Below are positions 10,366 to 21,403 of a stretch of 64,000 nt of DNA, piece after piece. How positions within the stretch are numbered: position 1 is the first letter of the stretch; each line of letters begins with the position of its first letter. The translations under genes and the position numbers were made by a program. This stretch comes from a virus (Duplodnaviria; Caudoviricetes). The DNA lies in IMG/VR virus record IMGVR_UViG_3300020577_009322, positions 32,001 through 96,000 of that record. The stretch is one strand, 5' to 3'. The notes below the pieces were generated by a model. That model was given only the letters and a program-made list of their open reading frames with translations. It was not told the DNA's origin and searched no databases.

Positions 10366-10970
10366 TATAATAACTTATGTCTGCTCTCCTTTACAGCTGG
10401 TTCTTCTTTTCCTTCACTTTCTAAATCTGTCACCATTTGAGAAAAATTATCCTTTAAGATATAATAATGCATTAAAGGAAACCAATTATCTATAGCGTGA
10501 CATCTCTCTATATGATTTATTAGAGTTCTTTCAATCTTATCATAATCTTTTAAACGATATAACTTCATGGCTTTCTGTATCTTAGCTGAGAAATCTCTAA
10601 CGTTACAGAGAAATGCTATAGATGTTTTTGCATCTTTTTTAATGGATGCTCTTACTTGCCTTAAACCGGTTAATTCGAATATTTTATCCTCACATTTCTT
10701 ATGCATTCTCCCTATACGTGTAGTAAGTGCTATAGATTCCCCTTTTTCCTCGATAATTTTAGGAAAATCACAATTTTCAACCAAATCTATACCTTTTTCT
10801 GTCAATTCATCATTCTCAATATATCCTTTCTTTATTAAGAGATTTAGAAAGCCTTGAATCCTTTTATTTCCTAGTGATTTAACACCATTCTTAATGTTAC
10901 ATAGCAAAACATAATGATCCAGGGTTAATCCATCATCTAAAATCTCGTGATATTTTTTGTCATCTATCAT
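10365..10970 (-). CDS. Putative replication initiator/helicase-loader-like protein
   Basis: wHTH-like LIKKGYIENDELTEKG; abuts dnaB; function inferred. Confidence 0.4.
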   Translation of the reverse strand: MIDDKKYHEILDDGLTLDHYVLLCNIKNGVKSLGNKRIQGFLNLLIKKGYIENDELTEKGIDLVENCDFPKIIEEKGESIALTTRIGRMHKKCEDKIFELTGLRQVRASIKKDAKTSIAFLCNVRDFSAKIQKAMKLYRLKDYDKIERTLINHIERCHAIDNWFPLMHYYILKDNFSQMVTDLESEGKEEPAVKESRHKLL

Positions 10971-11360
10971 ATTTTCCCTCCTTTTATCTTATCATCAAAG
11001 GTACGAAATCTCCGTTAATTTCGAATCCCAGTAATACAAATCTAGAAAACTTTGGATACTCTTTTCTCAGAAAAGAAATAGCATCTTCTCCACATCCCTC
11101 AATTATCTCCTCAAATTTCTCTTTAGTTTTGTAATCAACTACTCTAAAAACACTTGCAATCTCCATTCTTTTATTATTTAATATTTATTTTTTTATCCAT
11201 TCGAAACATATAAAACTATTTCTATAAGGATGTTGTATATATTTTACTCTTTTATGAAGAATCTCCAGGATACCTGCTATGTAGATTTTTCTCCAATGCT
11301 TTTTGTTTTCCCACTCTAATTCAATAGATGGGAGGAAAATTAATATCCAAAATAATAGTG

Positions 11361-11783
11361 TCATTTGTGACCTTGGTTTTTAAATTGTAATTGAGATTTC
11401 TTCTTGTCATGACGTAAGTCTTGTTTAACAGCTCTCTTCCTAAAAGAATGTTTAACTGACCATTTCTTTATTCTCTCTAAATCTGTCATAGGCTTCTGTA
11501 AAGAATAGAAGTGTTTAGTGGCAATCTCTCTCTTTTCTGGACATTTTCCGGGCTTTGCTATTCTGTATTCTCCGGTAATACCTAAATCCTCTAGAATATC
11601 ATCGGAGAAGGATATAGTGTTATTACAATAATAGGCTGCAATTAACTTAGCCTGATACTCTAATGCAAATGCATCAGCTACAGTAAGAGTTTTCAGTTGT
11701 CCTATTCCAACTATTGATTTTCTTGATAATGTTCTTAATAATATTGTCATAATATAATTGTTATTAAAAGTAACCAAATCCAT
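11361..11783 (-). CDS. Hypothetical protein
   Basis: Co-oriented ORF after polB. Confidence 0.6.
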   Translation of the reverse strand: MDLVTFNNNYIMTILLRTLSRKSIVGIGQLKTLTVADAFALEYQAKLIAAYYCNNTISFSDDILEDLGITGEYRIAKPGKCPEKREIATKHFYSLQKPMTDLERIKKWSVKHSFRKRAVKQDLRHDKKKSQLQFKNQGHK

Positions 11784-11786
11784 ATT

Positions 11787-13889
11787 TTAGAAAAGACTGG
11801 CTTGTTTAATCTTGAAAGTGTCTGCATAACTCTTAGCCATCTTAGTCTTCTGTATAGCATCTATTCTTTTTAATGTTTCCAGAATATAATAGCTATAATC
11901 TATATTGTAAGATGGCATATCTTTAGCAATATACCTATTAAAATAGGTAACCTTTGGTTGACACATCCAAGGAAAGTCATTATCTTGAGCCTCACAATGA
12001 TTATCCATATAATCCCCTTCATTATTAATACCTCTCTTCTTCATTATATTTCCATCCTTACTAACAAAATATCTTATTAGTTTTTTATGGATACGTGTCT
12101 CTTCCTTACTAACTATTTCTTCATAATGTAATTGTCCAAAAGCTTTCTTTGCAATACAAAAGTCAAAGATATTATTATGATTAGTAATAAAATCGACAGG
12201 GTTTTTACCATGAATAAAATAAGCTTCTAATGCTAATGCAATTATACGTTTATTTTTATTCTTATTTAAAAGAAAGGCGGTTAAGAATTTACCTTTTTTC
12301 TTAACTGATCCATCTATCTTCTTTCCAATATAGCTATTGATAGAGTCCTGCCATATACATTCAAACTGTGCAAATTCTAGCTTGCCCTGTTCTGTATTAC
12401 CTACCTTTTCTTCCCAATCCTTACATATTTTTAGATATTCTTCCCTTTTGTCTGAAGGATACATAGTCATAATACCATCAGTGTTACCACTAACTACTTG
12501 AAAACCAGCTCCTTCCATTGCTTCTATAAGCATTAATATCTCAATTTCATTACCCAGACATACTTTAAGTAGACCCTCTGGATAATGTAGGAAACTACCC
12601 ACCTGTCCTAATTTACCAAATAATCCACCATTATTACATAGCTTTAGCATTTCCTGCAGGCCGGTTAGAGGTCTAGCTTCTTCTTCTCTACCTTCTTCCT
12701 TAAGTATTTTTGCCTTCTTTTTATAATAGGAACGTTTTTCCACATTTCCTTTAGCTATATCAATAATAGTTCTCTTTAGATGAGGAGCATGAATTCCTTG
12801 CTTAATAATAAAATTAGGATATTGTCCACCAACATCAGCATCTTCTAAAGTCCAACCAGGTGGTGGTTTAAGAAGTCGATTCTTCTCGTTACTATGTAAC
12901 CCACCTTTAGCTATTGTATATGTTGTTGATCCCACTTTAAAAGGGAACTCTTGTTCCATATTCTTAACTACCTCTTTACCTAAGTTATCTATAAAGTCTA
13001 TAAATAACTTACTTTTAAAGGAGATAGTAGATGGAAAGAAGTTCTTAAATTTCTGCCCAAAAGGCTGTTTAACCTTCTTAGTGAAGAGAACACTTTCATC
13101 AGTAATTCCTTCAGCTAATTTATAATTTAATTTATTCCAATCTTCTCCAATCTTTACATCTGCCCAATTCAGGCATTTCATTCCTGTTTCTCTCTCAACA
13201 TCGATTCTATCCTGAATCATATTTTTTCCGTTATAATCTTCTAAATGCTCCAGAGATACATTATACCCAAACTTATCTCTAATCAAGCTTCTAACAGCAT
13301 CAAGATTCCCTAACGTAATATATAGAAGACATAGAGTAGCAAAAACATCATGTCTTCTATATATCTTAATTTCTTCTATCTCTTCTTGAGTTAATCCCGT
13401 TTTACTGTGATGAATTGGCATTTCCTCTACATCAATATCTAACATATACTCTACCCACTTTAGAGAAGTACGTTTAGCTTCATTATCAAAGTGATGTATT
13501 TTAAATAAATCAATTACAGCAGTAGAAAAGTTCCATTCTTTATATGGAGAAACTATTCCAAAATTTTGATCTTCAATTATTTTGCCAGCAAAATCTGCTA
13601 TTAATGATGCTATCTGTAGACCACTTAAATCAAACCAATTCTCATAATTATGAATAATATATTCTAGTACCTGATGATCAAATCCGATACCATTAAAAGA
13701 CACCCAATAATCATAGTCATTTTCTGTATAGAACTTTACTATCTTATATAGATCATTTCTATATGCAGATATTTCAAATTCTTCCCATTCCCCTATATCA
13801 GGGTTATATACACCTATATCAAATAATTCCCTATAGGTCTCTATATCCATTACTCCAATCTTCCTGTCAAATCCTTCCGCTAGCTTCAT
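11787..13889 (-). CDS. polB: Family B DNA polymerase with 3'-5' exonuclease
   Basis: Exo DIET, FNGIGFD, YRRHDV; pol DVGGQYP, KLCNNGGLFG, NTDG; C-terminal QASLF. Confidence 0.9.
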   Translation of the reverse strand: MKLAEGFDRKIGVMDIETYRELFDIGVYNPDIGEWEEFEISAYRNDLYKIVKFYTENDYDYWVSFNGIGFDHQVLEYIIHNYENWFDLSGLQIASLIADFAGKIIEDQNFGIVSPYKEWNFSTAVIDLFKIHHFDNEAKRTSLKWVEYMLDIDVEEMPIHHSKTGLTQEEIEEIKIYRRHDVFATLCLLYITLGNLDAVRSLIRDKFGYNVSLEHLEDYNGKNMIQDRIDVERETGMKCLNWADVKIGEDWNKLNYKLAEGITDESVLFTKKVKQPFGQKFKNFFPSTISFKSKLFIDFIDNLGKEVVKNMEQEFPFKVGSTTYTIAKGGLHSNEKNRLLKPPPGWTLEDADVGGQYPNFIIKQGIHAPHLKRTIIDIAKGNVEKRSYYKKKAKILKEEGREEEARPLTGLQEMLKLCNNGGLFGKLGQVGSFLHYPEGLLKVCLGNEIEILMLIEAMEGAGFQVVSGNTDGIMTMYPSDKREEYLKICKDWEEKVGNTEQGKLEFAQFECIWQDSINSYIGKKIDGSVKKKGKFLTAFLLNKNKNKRIIALALEAYFIHGKNPVDFITNHNNIFDFCIAKKAFGQLHYEEIVSKEETRIHKKLIRYFVSKDGNIMKKRGINNEGDYMDNHCEAQDNDFPWMCQPKVTYFNRYIAKDMPSYNIDYSYYILETLKRIDAIQKTKMAKSYADTFKIKQASLF

Positions 13890-14357
13890 ATTACATATTT
13901 ATCTATATTATCTGTCTTTGGTAGATTTACCCCACCACTGTTTCCTAATTCCTCAAAATTAGGAAATTTTTCCGTAACTTTCTCTCTTTTTCCATTTTCT
14001 TCATATATAATTATAGCGTGTCCACAATTCAATATCTGATATGCTATTATCTTCTTCATTTTTGTTGTTTTTCATCATATAACATATAGAACCACAAGAT
14101 TTTACTTAAAGGGAATACTTTCTTGTTTTTATCCAAAAACTCATTAAAATACATCTCATAAACAATATAGCCTTGGACATACTCAATACATCTACTGTTG
14201 TAGATACTCTGTAGATTACTTTCTACAAAATGACATCCTGTATCACTTATACAGATAGTTACCCTTACAGTATCTTGTGACATAATCTCTTTTGTATTTA
14301 TAGTTTGTGCAAAAACAAAGTTATGTACAAACATAAATGCTAGGAAAAGTAATTTTT

Positions 14358-14570
14358 TCATAATTTTCTATTTAATTTAACCTCTTTTATATCTTCAGAA
14401 GATATCTTTTCATGTTCAAATAATTCCATATATGTAGAATTAAATACTTTTCTACCTGTAAGAGTAGTCCCGTTATTCAATTTAACGTCAACTATTTGAT
14501 ATCCCATACCACTCTCCGGAAGATCTAGTAATATTTTTACAAATTTATCACTTAATTCTAATTTTCCCAT
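14358..14570 (-). CDS. Small hypothetical protein (LPESGMGYQIVDV)
   Basis: Co-oriented ORF. Confidence 0.6.
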   Translation of the reverse strand: MGKLELSDKFVKILLDLPESGMGYQIVDVKLNNGTTLTGRKVFNSTYMELFEHEKISSEDIKEVKLNRKL

Positions 14571-15383
14571 AAGATTATTATTTTCATTTCTCTTTTTTTA
14601 AAACCAACCGCCTACCAACTCCGCAGCCGCAGGAGTGGAGGAGGCTGCTCCCTTGTATATCCTCCTACATTGGCAGAGTCTTTGGTTGTCATTTTCTTTA
14701 CCCATTCTATAAGCACGTCTGCTGATATCTGTCCTTTTTCAACTTGCCATGCAAGTATTTCCAGTTTTTCAAAATCAATCCCTACATTGGTAGGGGTGGA
14801 CGGGGCTAATTTTTCAATCTGTTTTTCGAGTTCAAAAATCCTTTGCCTTAGAACAACACAAGCCCTTTCATCCATGTGTTTTTCAGCCATTTTCAATATT
14901 GACTTATTTTCATCAATCATCGCTTGTAATATTTCACGATTTTCATTCATAGTGGTTACTGTTTACTGGTTAATTAAAAGCTAAAAGAAGAAGGTAATAA
15001 TACAGGAAGATAGTCTCCTACATCATAACTTTTTCTTATTTCTAACTCTTTTTGGAGTTCTTCGACTGATATGGGATACATTATATCTTTCTTTGGCTTT
15101 TTTATCTTAGTTTTCTTCTTCATATGTTAATTTTTAATGAAAATGGCCACACGGGCCTTTTATTACAATATATTTATCAAATGCCATATTTTCTACAAAT
15201 GGATAAATATTTACTTCACTATAATCTTTATATTTGATACCTAACTGATTTTCATCAAACTCATCTCTCTCTTTTACCCATATAGCTTCCGATGATATTT
15301 CACCTATTACTTTAAATGAACCATATTTAGCTAACATTAAAGTTTCTGTAATCCAACCTCTGCCATAGTGACATTTCACAAAT

Positions 15384-16076
15384 CTATTCATAACTTACTT
15401 TTACAGGTATAATAGTATTTGTTTCTGGATTGGTGATTTTAATAGTGGAACATGAAGGCCATTTGCAATTATTATTTTTTCCACAACTTGCTCCTTCCAT
15501 TTTAATTCCTCCTAAAGAACAATCTAGTGCAAGCTCTATACTTGTAGGAATTTGTTTTGTTTGCAGAGATTTAATTAAATCTTCATAAGATAAATAGTCT
15601 TTATCTGTTGTTAGAACTGAGTTATTCATTCTTCCTTGCTCATAGGCTATTTTTATATCTTCTTCTGTATATTGTCCTTTAGCTTGAGCTGCTTTGTAAC
15701 CAATTTGAAACCCTATAACTTGTGGAAATTCTTTATGATGCTCTGCTATTGTATCAACGTAATATCTTTTTTTATACCATTGTAATGCTTCTATTTCAGC
15801 TTCATCAGGTAATTCTATCATTGGAACTCCTTTAAGTCTTTTAGTTCCTATTGTAGCTATTATTTTAAAACAATTAGCGTCATCACATTTATAAAGTTCT
15901 CGATTTGGGTTAAGAAAATAAAATGTACTTCGCATTGATTTTTTTATATCATTCTTGAATGTATTCCAATGAGTTGGGATTTTATCCTTATCAACCACAA
16001 CTATTAATCCTTCTTCTACAGAAATAATATCTTCTTTATTAAATGTTTTTGTCATCTTATTAAGTGTTTTAAACAA
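15384..16076 (-). CDS. Hypothetical early protein
   Basis: 230-aa ORF. Confidence 0.65.
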   Translation of the reverse strand: MFKTLNKMTKTFNKEDIISVEEGLIVVVDKDKIPTHWNTFKNDIKKSMRSTFYFLNPNRELYKCDDANCFKIIATIGTKRLKGVPMIELPDEAEIEALQWYKKRYYVDTIAEHHKEFPQVIGFQIGYKAAQAKGQYTEEDIKIAYEQGRMNNSVLTTDKDYLSYEDLIKSLQTKQIPTSIELALDCSLGGIKMEGASCGKNNNCKWPSCSTIKITNPETNTIIPVKVSYE

Positions 16077-16530
16077 TAAAGAATTGCTTGTTCTGTAGAT
16101 TTCTCTAAAGCAGCTTCTACATGAAGTTTAGTAAAAGTTATAAGTCCTTCAACTACAGAGCTTTGTGTTAGTGGTTCACCACTCAATTCCTCTTTAAAAA
16201 ATTCTTCTGCTGTGGGTATATTATTCATTAGTATTGAATTTGTTGTTTAACATTAAGAATAGAATTTCTATCAACAACATGTATCCATTCAGAAGAGTCA
16301 GGGTTTGAATATGTCCGTAATTCTACATTAGCTTCTTCAGCACATTTATCAATAACAACTTCTACTATTTCTTTAATAGCAGTTTGAAAATCAGAGTAGT
16401 TATTATAATCTTCCAATAATCCCTGTTTTGCAAAAAAACTCTTTAACATTTATATTTTTCATAGTTTATATTAATTTAAAAAAGGAGATAGGTTTCCCTA
16501 TCTCCTTCATCCGAGTATTTATTCTCTACT

Positions 16531-17937
16531 CTATTGAAATTCTGTCTTAACAACGGTATTTAGAAGTGTTGATACCTGTTTAGCCATATCATCAAGATTA
16601 GTTACTATAGTATGGTAGGTATATATCTCTTTCACTTGACCCAATTCTACACCTACACCAACAGTAACAAAGCCATCCCTTTTACATTTTTCAATAGTCT
16701 GCTTCATTTCCATAACAGCTGAACGACCACCATATCCTGAGGCACAGGGTAAACCATCTGAAATAACGATAAAGATAATATTATCGTCAGTAAAAGAACG
16801 AACCTTATCGTAAATGGCTTCAATAACAGGTCCGTCATAGTTTCCACTCCAGAAAGCATTCCTCTGCCATCCGATGGCTCTCTCAAAAATATGGTTGTAC
16901 TTATCATTGTAGATATTTATATGTGGCATGCCAGCATCATCTGTAGAATGACCATATACAAAAATCTTATCTGCAGGAAGGATGGATGATAGACATTTCC
17001 ATAATATCTTCATAATGGAATGCTGACTATCTGCTTTAGTAGAATGGTATTTTCCATCTATTCCTCCCATACTACCACTTTCGTCCATCAAGATACATAC
17101 GGAGAAAGGTTTGGTTGTCTGATTCTCTTGTTCATTATAATAGACATGAAAATTACCAGCTTTAACTTCTGCTAACTTTCTACTATCTAACTTTCCTGTC
17201 TTCAGACCATTTACTCTATCATGTTGCGGATCAAAAGATATATCAAGTAAGTTTACCAAGTGTCCTGCATATAGATTTTCTAATTCATTATACTTACAAG
17301 GTGCTCCCTTCGAAGGTACAACTCTCCATCTTACCTTATCCTTCATTTCACAAATAGATCCTTCTACATCTAACCATTTCGTTCTTCTCGGAATAACTTT
17401 CTCGATAAGTTCTCTGGCATTGTCTAGAGCAGCTTCAATACTCATTTCACCACTATCTCCTTCATCCTCACCACCCCCTTCTCCCCTACTATCCTCCTGA
17501 CCCTCACCTTCATCTCCTTCTTCTCCCTTACCTTCTCCATTTTCCTTTCCATCGTTCATTGGAAAAAGGAACTCACTTTTCTCGATTATACTCCGATAGT
17601 GAGTAAATAAATTCCCCAACTCAGTATCTTTAGCTACACTATCTAACACATTCTTTTTTGCTGTTTCAGATACAGAGAGAAACTTTTCCTCCTGACCAGA
17701 AAATGGATTTTTCCTTTCTATTGAGGTAGCTTTATCTAGAAAGTGATCTATTAACTTATTCTCTTTTATTTTGAGAAGAAATATATCAAGCAACTTGTTA
17801 GCAGAATATCCACTCAACTCTATACTTTTAGGTAATTCCCTCTCAATATCAAAGGGTACTTTAACTTCAGGATAGTCGAGTAAAACTTTATGATAACCAC
17901 CAAAGTAAGAAGATTCCCATTTAGTTGATGATTCCAT
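16531..17937 (-). CDS. vWA-domain protein (CobT/NorD-like) with acidic Gly/Glu linker
   Basis: ILMDESGSM MIDAS, GKLDSRKL, GNYDG, IVISDGLP. Confidence 0.85.
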   Translation of the reverse strand: MESSTKWESSYFGGYHKVLLDYPEVKVPFDIERELPKSIELSGYSANKLLDIFLLKIKENKLIDHFLDKATSIERKNPFSGQEEKFLSVSETAKKNVLDSVAKDTELGNLFTHYRSIIEKSEFLFPMNDGKENGEGKGEEGDEGEGQEDSRGEGGGEDEGDSGEMSIEAALDNARELIEKVIPRRTKWLDVEGSICEMKDKVRWRVVPSKGAPCKYNELENLYAGHLVNLLDISFDPQHDRVNGLKTGKLDSRKLAEVKAGNFHVYYNEQENQTTKPFSVCILMDESGSMGGIDGKYHSTKADSQHSIMKILWKCLSSILPADKIFVYGHSTDDAGMPHINIYNDKYNHIFERAIGWQRNAFWSGNYDGPVIEAIYDKVRSFTDDNIIFIVISDGLPCASGYGGRSAVMEMKQTIEKCKRDGFVTVGVGVELGQVKEIYTYHTIVTNLDDMAKQVSTLLNTVVKTEFQ

Positions 17938-20202
17938 TATTTTATCTTTGTTTGTCCTAAAATAGCCTCAATAGACTTTAATCCTTCCTTACTTCCAATT
18001 CCTTTACAGATAGTAAAGAATGAGTCATATATGGTAAAACCATCCCTAACCAATTCTGCTACTAGCTTTAAGTGCCTGATAGACAAATTAAAGGAGATAG
18101 TATACTTATCATGAGCAGTATTTATGTCCTCATAACACTTAACAATTCTGTCAATATCTTTAGGAGATACTGTTGGAGTATGGTAAGTTAATACTTCTTT
18201 AACTTGATTGGTTGTTAGTGGATCAATCTCAATAAGCATGAACCTATCTAATAAGGCTCTATCCAATTTATGTGTACCTGTATACTGACTACCCAAGTTA
18301 GCAGTAGAGATAAATACACATTCAGGATGTACCTTAATTGGCTCACAATCATCAAAACAGTATTCCATTGACAGTTCTTTCCTGAAATCCGTACATGGGA
18401 ATAGGAGGTTATTTGCGGCTGCTGGAGCCATATTGTTATCGTATCGACTCTTTATTCGATACTTCTGTATCTTTATCTATACATACAGTTCAGACTATAT
18501 CATCATGATTTCTCATGTCGGATGTTCGTGGATATATTATATTCTCTTTCGAGTTTCAATATCTAGTCGTTGAACTCGCACTAACCATTTAGATTAGTGA
18601 TAAGCTGCTGATTACCCTCTTCACTAAGGGCTTTCCAGCAATTTATCCGATTTTTTACAAGACGCTACTCCATATAGGAAAACGTGTATTTTTTCCGCAA
18701 AGTTTTACCCTTACCTAAGCAAATTGAAGAAATAGAAGCACAAGTAGAATCAAAGTTGTCATTTGACAGAGATCTGGCTGCTTCTGCTATATTTGCAAAT
18801 ATAGATTTTTTACCAGTTGATAATTCTGTCATGATAACTGACCTCCACTTCCACTTAGAGCGTTCTATCCCATAAGAATAGTTAGGAACTTCTATATAAC
18901 TCCAATAATAACCACCCGCACTAAAAATTTTACCTCTGGCACAAGCAGATATCATGTTATTACATACTTTTGTTTTTCTACCTGCCTCTCTGGTTGAAGG
19001 AAAATTAGCTAATAATCTACCATCTAAAGTATATTGATAAACTTCCTTACTAGTAGATGTGCAATTATTTTGAGTAGTTGGATCCAACTCACAATTAAGT
19101 GTTGGACCTAATAGATCTATCCATTTCTTCTCTATCTTTCTAACTTCAGAAGAATCTTCGGTCTCCAGGATTTCTAGTACTGAGAAATACATATAATCTT
19201 CTCCATATTTATTGAAGATATTCTGCATTCTTGGATTATCCGATTTCCCACCTCTCAACTTTTGCTTGTGTTCAGCTAATCTCTTCTTAATATTTATCGA
19301 ACTACCTACGTAATTCTGCTCCTTTGCTTTAATATAGTAAATACCCGATTTACTAATTACACGTTTTGATTCATCACTAAATAATTTGTACATTGTTTTT
19401 CTTACAATATACAAATATTTGATGAGATATCCTAATTTAATTTTTAACGACTTATTTCATCTAATAACACAATACCTGGTTTCTGAATAACCTCAGAGAA
19501 ACGACTCCTGATGAACTCGGAGGTGGTATGTCCATCTTTTACCTTAATAGCATGGGTTCCAACTAACGACATAACGGGATCACTCATTGTTCCCATATCG
19601 AAGATAGTTAATGGTAATCCCATTTTCTTTGCCAAATTACTAACCAATTCTGTTTTACCTCATCTTGTTATCGTAAAGATTCTTTATTCTTTACTTCTGC
19701 ATCTTTTTATATTCATGCAGTTCAGACTATATCATCACCATTTCTAGTGTCGGGCACTCGTGGGAGAGATTATTGTTGAGCTCACTCTCCTAGTCGTTGA
19801 ACCTTCTAAACTCCTTTATCTCAAGTTTAGCTTGGCTGCTGATTGGCCGTTTCACTACGGCTATTCCAGCAATTCACCCGATTTATACTGGGCTAGGTAA
19901 ACCTAACTCCTTATCCATCTAGTTAATTTCTTACAATGTACGAAAATTATTGACAAATAGGACTATTAGGCTATATTTATTTTAACACCAGTTGGACCCA
20001 ATAGCATACTATTGACGCCCTTCAATATATTCCTCTCCAGAATCTTATACACACCTACTTGTACCTTAAAGTAGTCATTCAAGGATACATAACCATTTGT
20101 AATCTTCAGATCAGCGGTACTTACTGCAGTTTTAATAGGATCTGTTTTTCTTTTTGCTCTTGGCTTACGTACTTTGGTCACCACTTCTCTTTCTGTTGTC
20201 AT
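17937..20202 (-). CDS. MoxR/CbbQ-type AAA+ ATPase in three exons (20202-19985, 19660-19447, 18428-17937; 307 aa spliced)
   Basis: Joining the exons restores GPTGV-GKT and LLDEISR-APA; exon 3 has ISTAN...LDRALLDRF; total 924 nt in frame. Confidence 0.92.
18429..19446 (-). mobile_element. Group I intron 2 (1018 nt) carrying a homing endonuclease
   Basis: Follows U, ends in G; core AATTGCTGGAA, AATCAGCAG, GTTCAACGACTAG, GATGATATAGTCTG; IGS 18657-18672 pairs both exons. Confidence 0.93.
18665..19393 (-). CDS. Intron-encoded GIY-YIG endonuclease with NUMOD1-like repeats
   Basis: SGIYYI...YVGSS...R; VYQYTLDG..FPSTREA..SAGGYYW; probable ATG start at 19393. Confidence 0.9.
   Translation of the reverse strand: MYKLFSDESKRVISKSGIYYIKAKEQNYVGSSINIKKRLAEHKQKLRGGKSDNPRMQNIFNKYGEDYMYFSVLEILETEDSSEVRKIEKKWIDLLGPTLNCELDPTTQNNCTSTSKEVYQYTLDGRLLANFPSTREAGRKTKVCNNMISACARGKIFSAGGYYWSYIEVPNYSYGIERSKWKWRSVIMTELSTGKKSIFANIAEAARSLSNDNFDSTCASISSICLGKGKTLRKKYTFSYME
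19661..19984 (-). mobile_element. Group I intron 1 (324 nt, no ORF)
   Basis: Same four core motifs at about 19723-19875; IGS TTTACCTAGCCCAGT (19887-19901) pairs exon1 ACTGGTGT and exon2 AGGTAAA; terminal G. Confidence 0.93.
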
Positions 20203-20295
20203 TTTTGATTTTTTAACATTATTAATGCTTTAGTCACTTTTCACTGATTAATAACAAAATAAACCTGTTATTTAGGTTATTTTACAATTTTGTTA

Positions 20296-20673
20296 CTATG
20301 ATCTGAGTTTTCTTTGATAAGTTAGATTTGATAGAGAAGCCACCTTAGCGAATGGTGTTTCATCAAAGATATATTCATTAAACTCACCTTGGCTCAATTC
20401 TACCTCATCCTTTATCTCCCATTCAAACATCGTTACGAGCTTATCATATTCTTCACTATTATCCACAGGACTTACTAGACTTACAGGAGAGAGTTTAGTA
20501 TCTCCTGTAGCTAACTTAGCTAACCTGTCCTCAAGCTGTTCCTTTGCCTCTAATTTATAGGCTTCCACAGCTTTTGCATACTCTACTTTATGCTTTTCCT
20601 TGTTTTCTTTAATTTTTTTAATCAATTCTTGTTTACTTACCATGATCATTCTGGCATCTTCTCTTTGTCTCAT
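20296..20673 (-). CDS. Hypothetical coiled-coil protein
   Basis: 125-aa ORF. Confidence 0.65.
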   Translation of the reverse strand: MRQREDARMIMVSKQELIKKIKENKEKHKVEYAKAVEAYKLEAKEQLEDRLAKLATGDTKLSPVSLVSPVDNSEEYDKLVTMFEWEIKDEVELSQGEFNEYIFDETPFAKVASLSNLTYQRKLRS

Positions 20674-20895
20674 ATTTTTTTATTCTTTTAAATTAGTTTG
20701 GATTAACTTCCCTTACAAAATAATAGACATCATCACCAAATGACAATGAGGATATTTTTACACTACAGAGCATCCATCCTGCATTTCCCCTTCTATTAAG
20801 AAATTCTTTTTCTTCAATACTACCTGTACTAAGTCTATTATCTCCAGAGAGTCTTACTGTATCATATTCATATTTCTTCATATATCTTACTTTTT

Positions 20896-21393
20896 CTATC
20901 TAATCATCTCGATTAATTCCTCTTTGCTCTTTTCCTTCAGTGTATCAGCTATCTCAGAGATAGTAGATTTCTTTATATCCTGAATCTCACCTTTCAGTTT
21001 TTCCCTTACTAACAAAGTCAATTCGTAAGGAATCTCTTTAGCTGAACTATCTGATGTAATAAAGTTACCAACACTTCCACCAGCAATAATTAGTAAAGCA
21101 TCTTTCTTACTTGGAGTAAAAACATACAATGTCCAGGTAACCAGACAGATAGAAAAGAACCAGAAAAATGTTGTCTTGATCGTTTTCATCCAATATTTGA
21201 ATGATTTCTCATCTTCTTCATCCCTAGTAACAGTATTGTCATTGTATATGGCAAATACTATCCAATATACTATAAAGAAGATTATACTAAAAGTTAGTGT
21301 TACATTAGATACTTTGTCAAAGAAGTTTTTTACACCATCGGCAATGGTCACCCAATAAAAAATACGATACCAACTCATACTTAATAAACTCAT
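20896..21393 (-). CDS. Membrane protein
   Basis: Two hydrophobic helices followed by PSKKDALLIIAGG. Confidence 0.7.
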   Translation of the reverse strand: MSLLSMSWYRIFYWVTIADGVKNFFDKVSNVTLTFSIIFFIVYWIVFAIYNDNTVTRDEEDEKSFKYWMKTIKTTFFWFFSICLVTWTLYVFTPSKKDALLIIAGGSVGNFITSDSSAKEIPYELTLLVREKLKGEIQDIKKSTISEIADTLKEKSKEELIEMIR

Positions 21394-21403
21394 AATTTTA
21401 ATT

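Noticed and set aside
11787-13889. Intein in the polymerase (also checked by eye in terminase and DnaB)
   Set aside because: Lengths are normal and no intein splice-junction motifs were seen.
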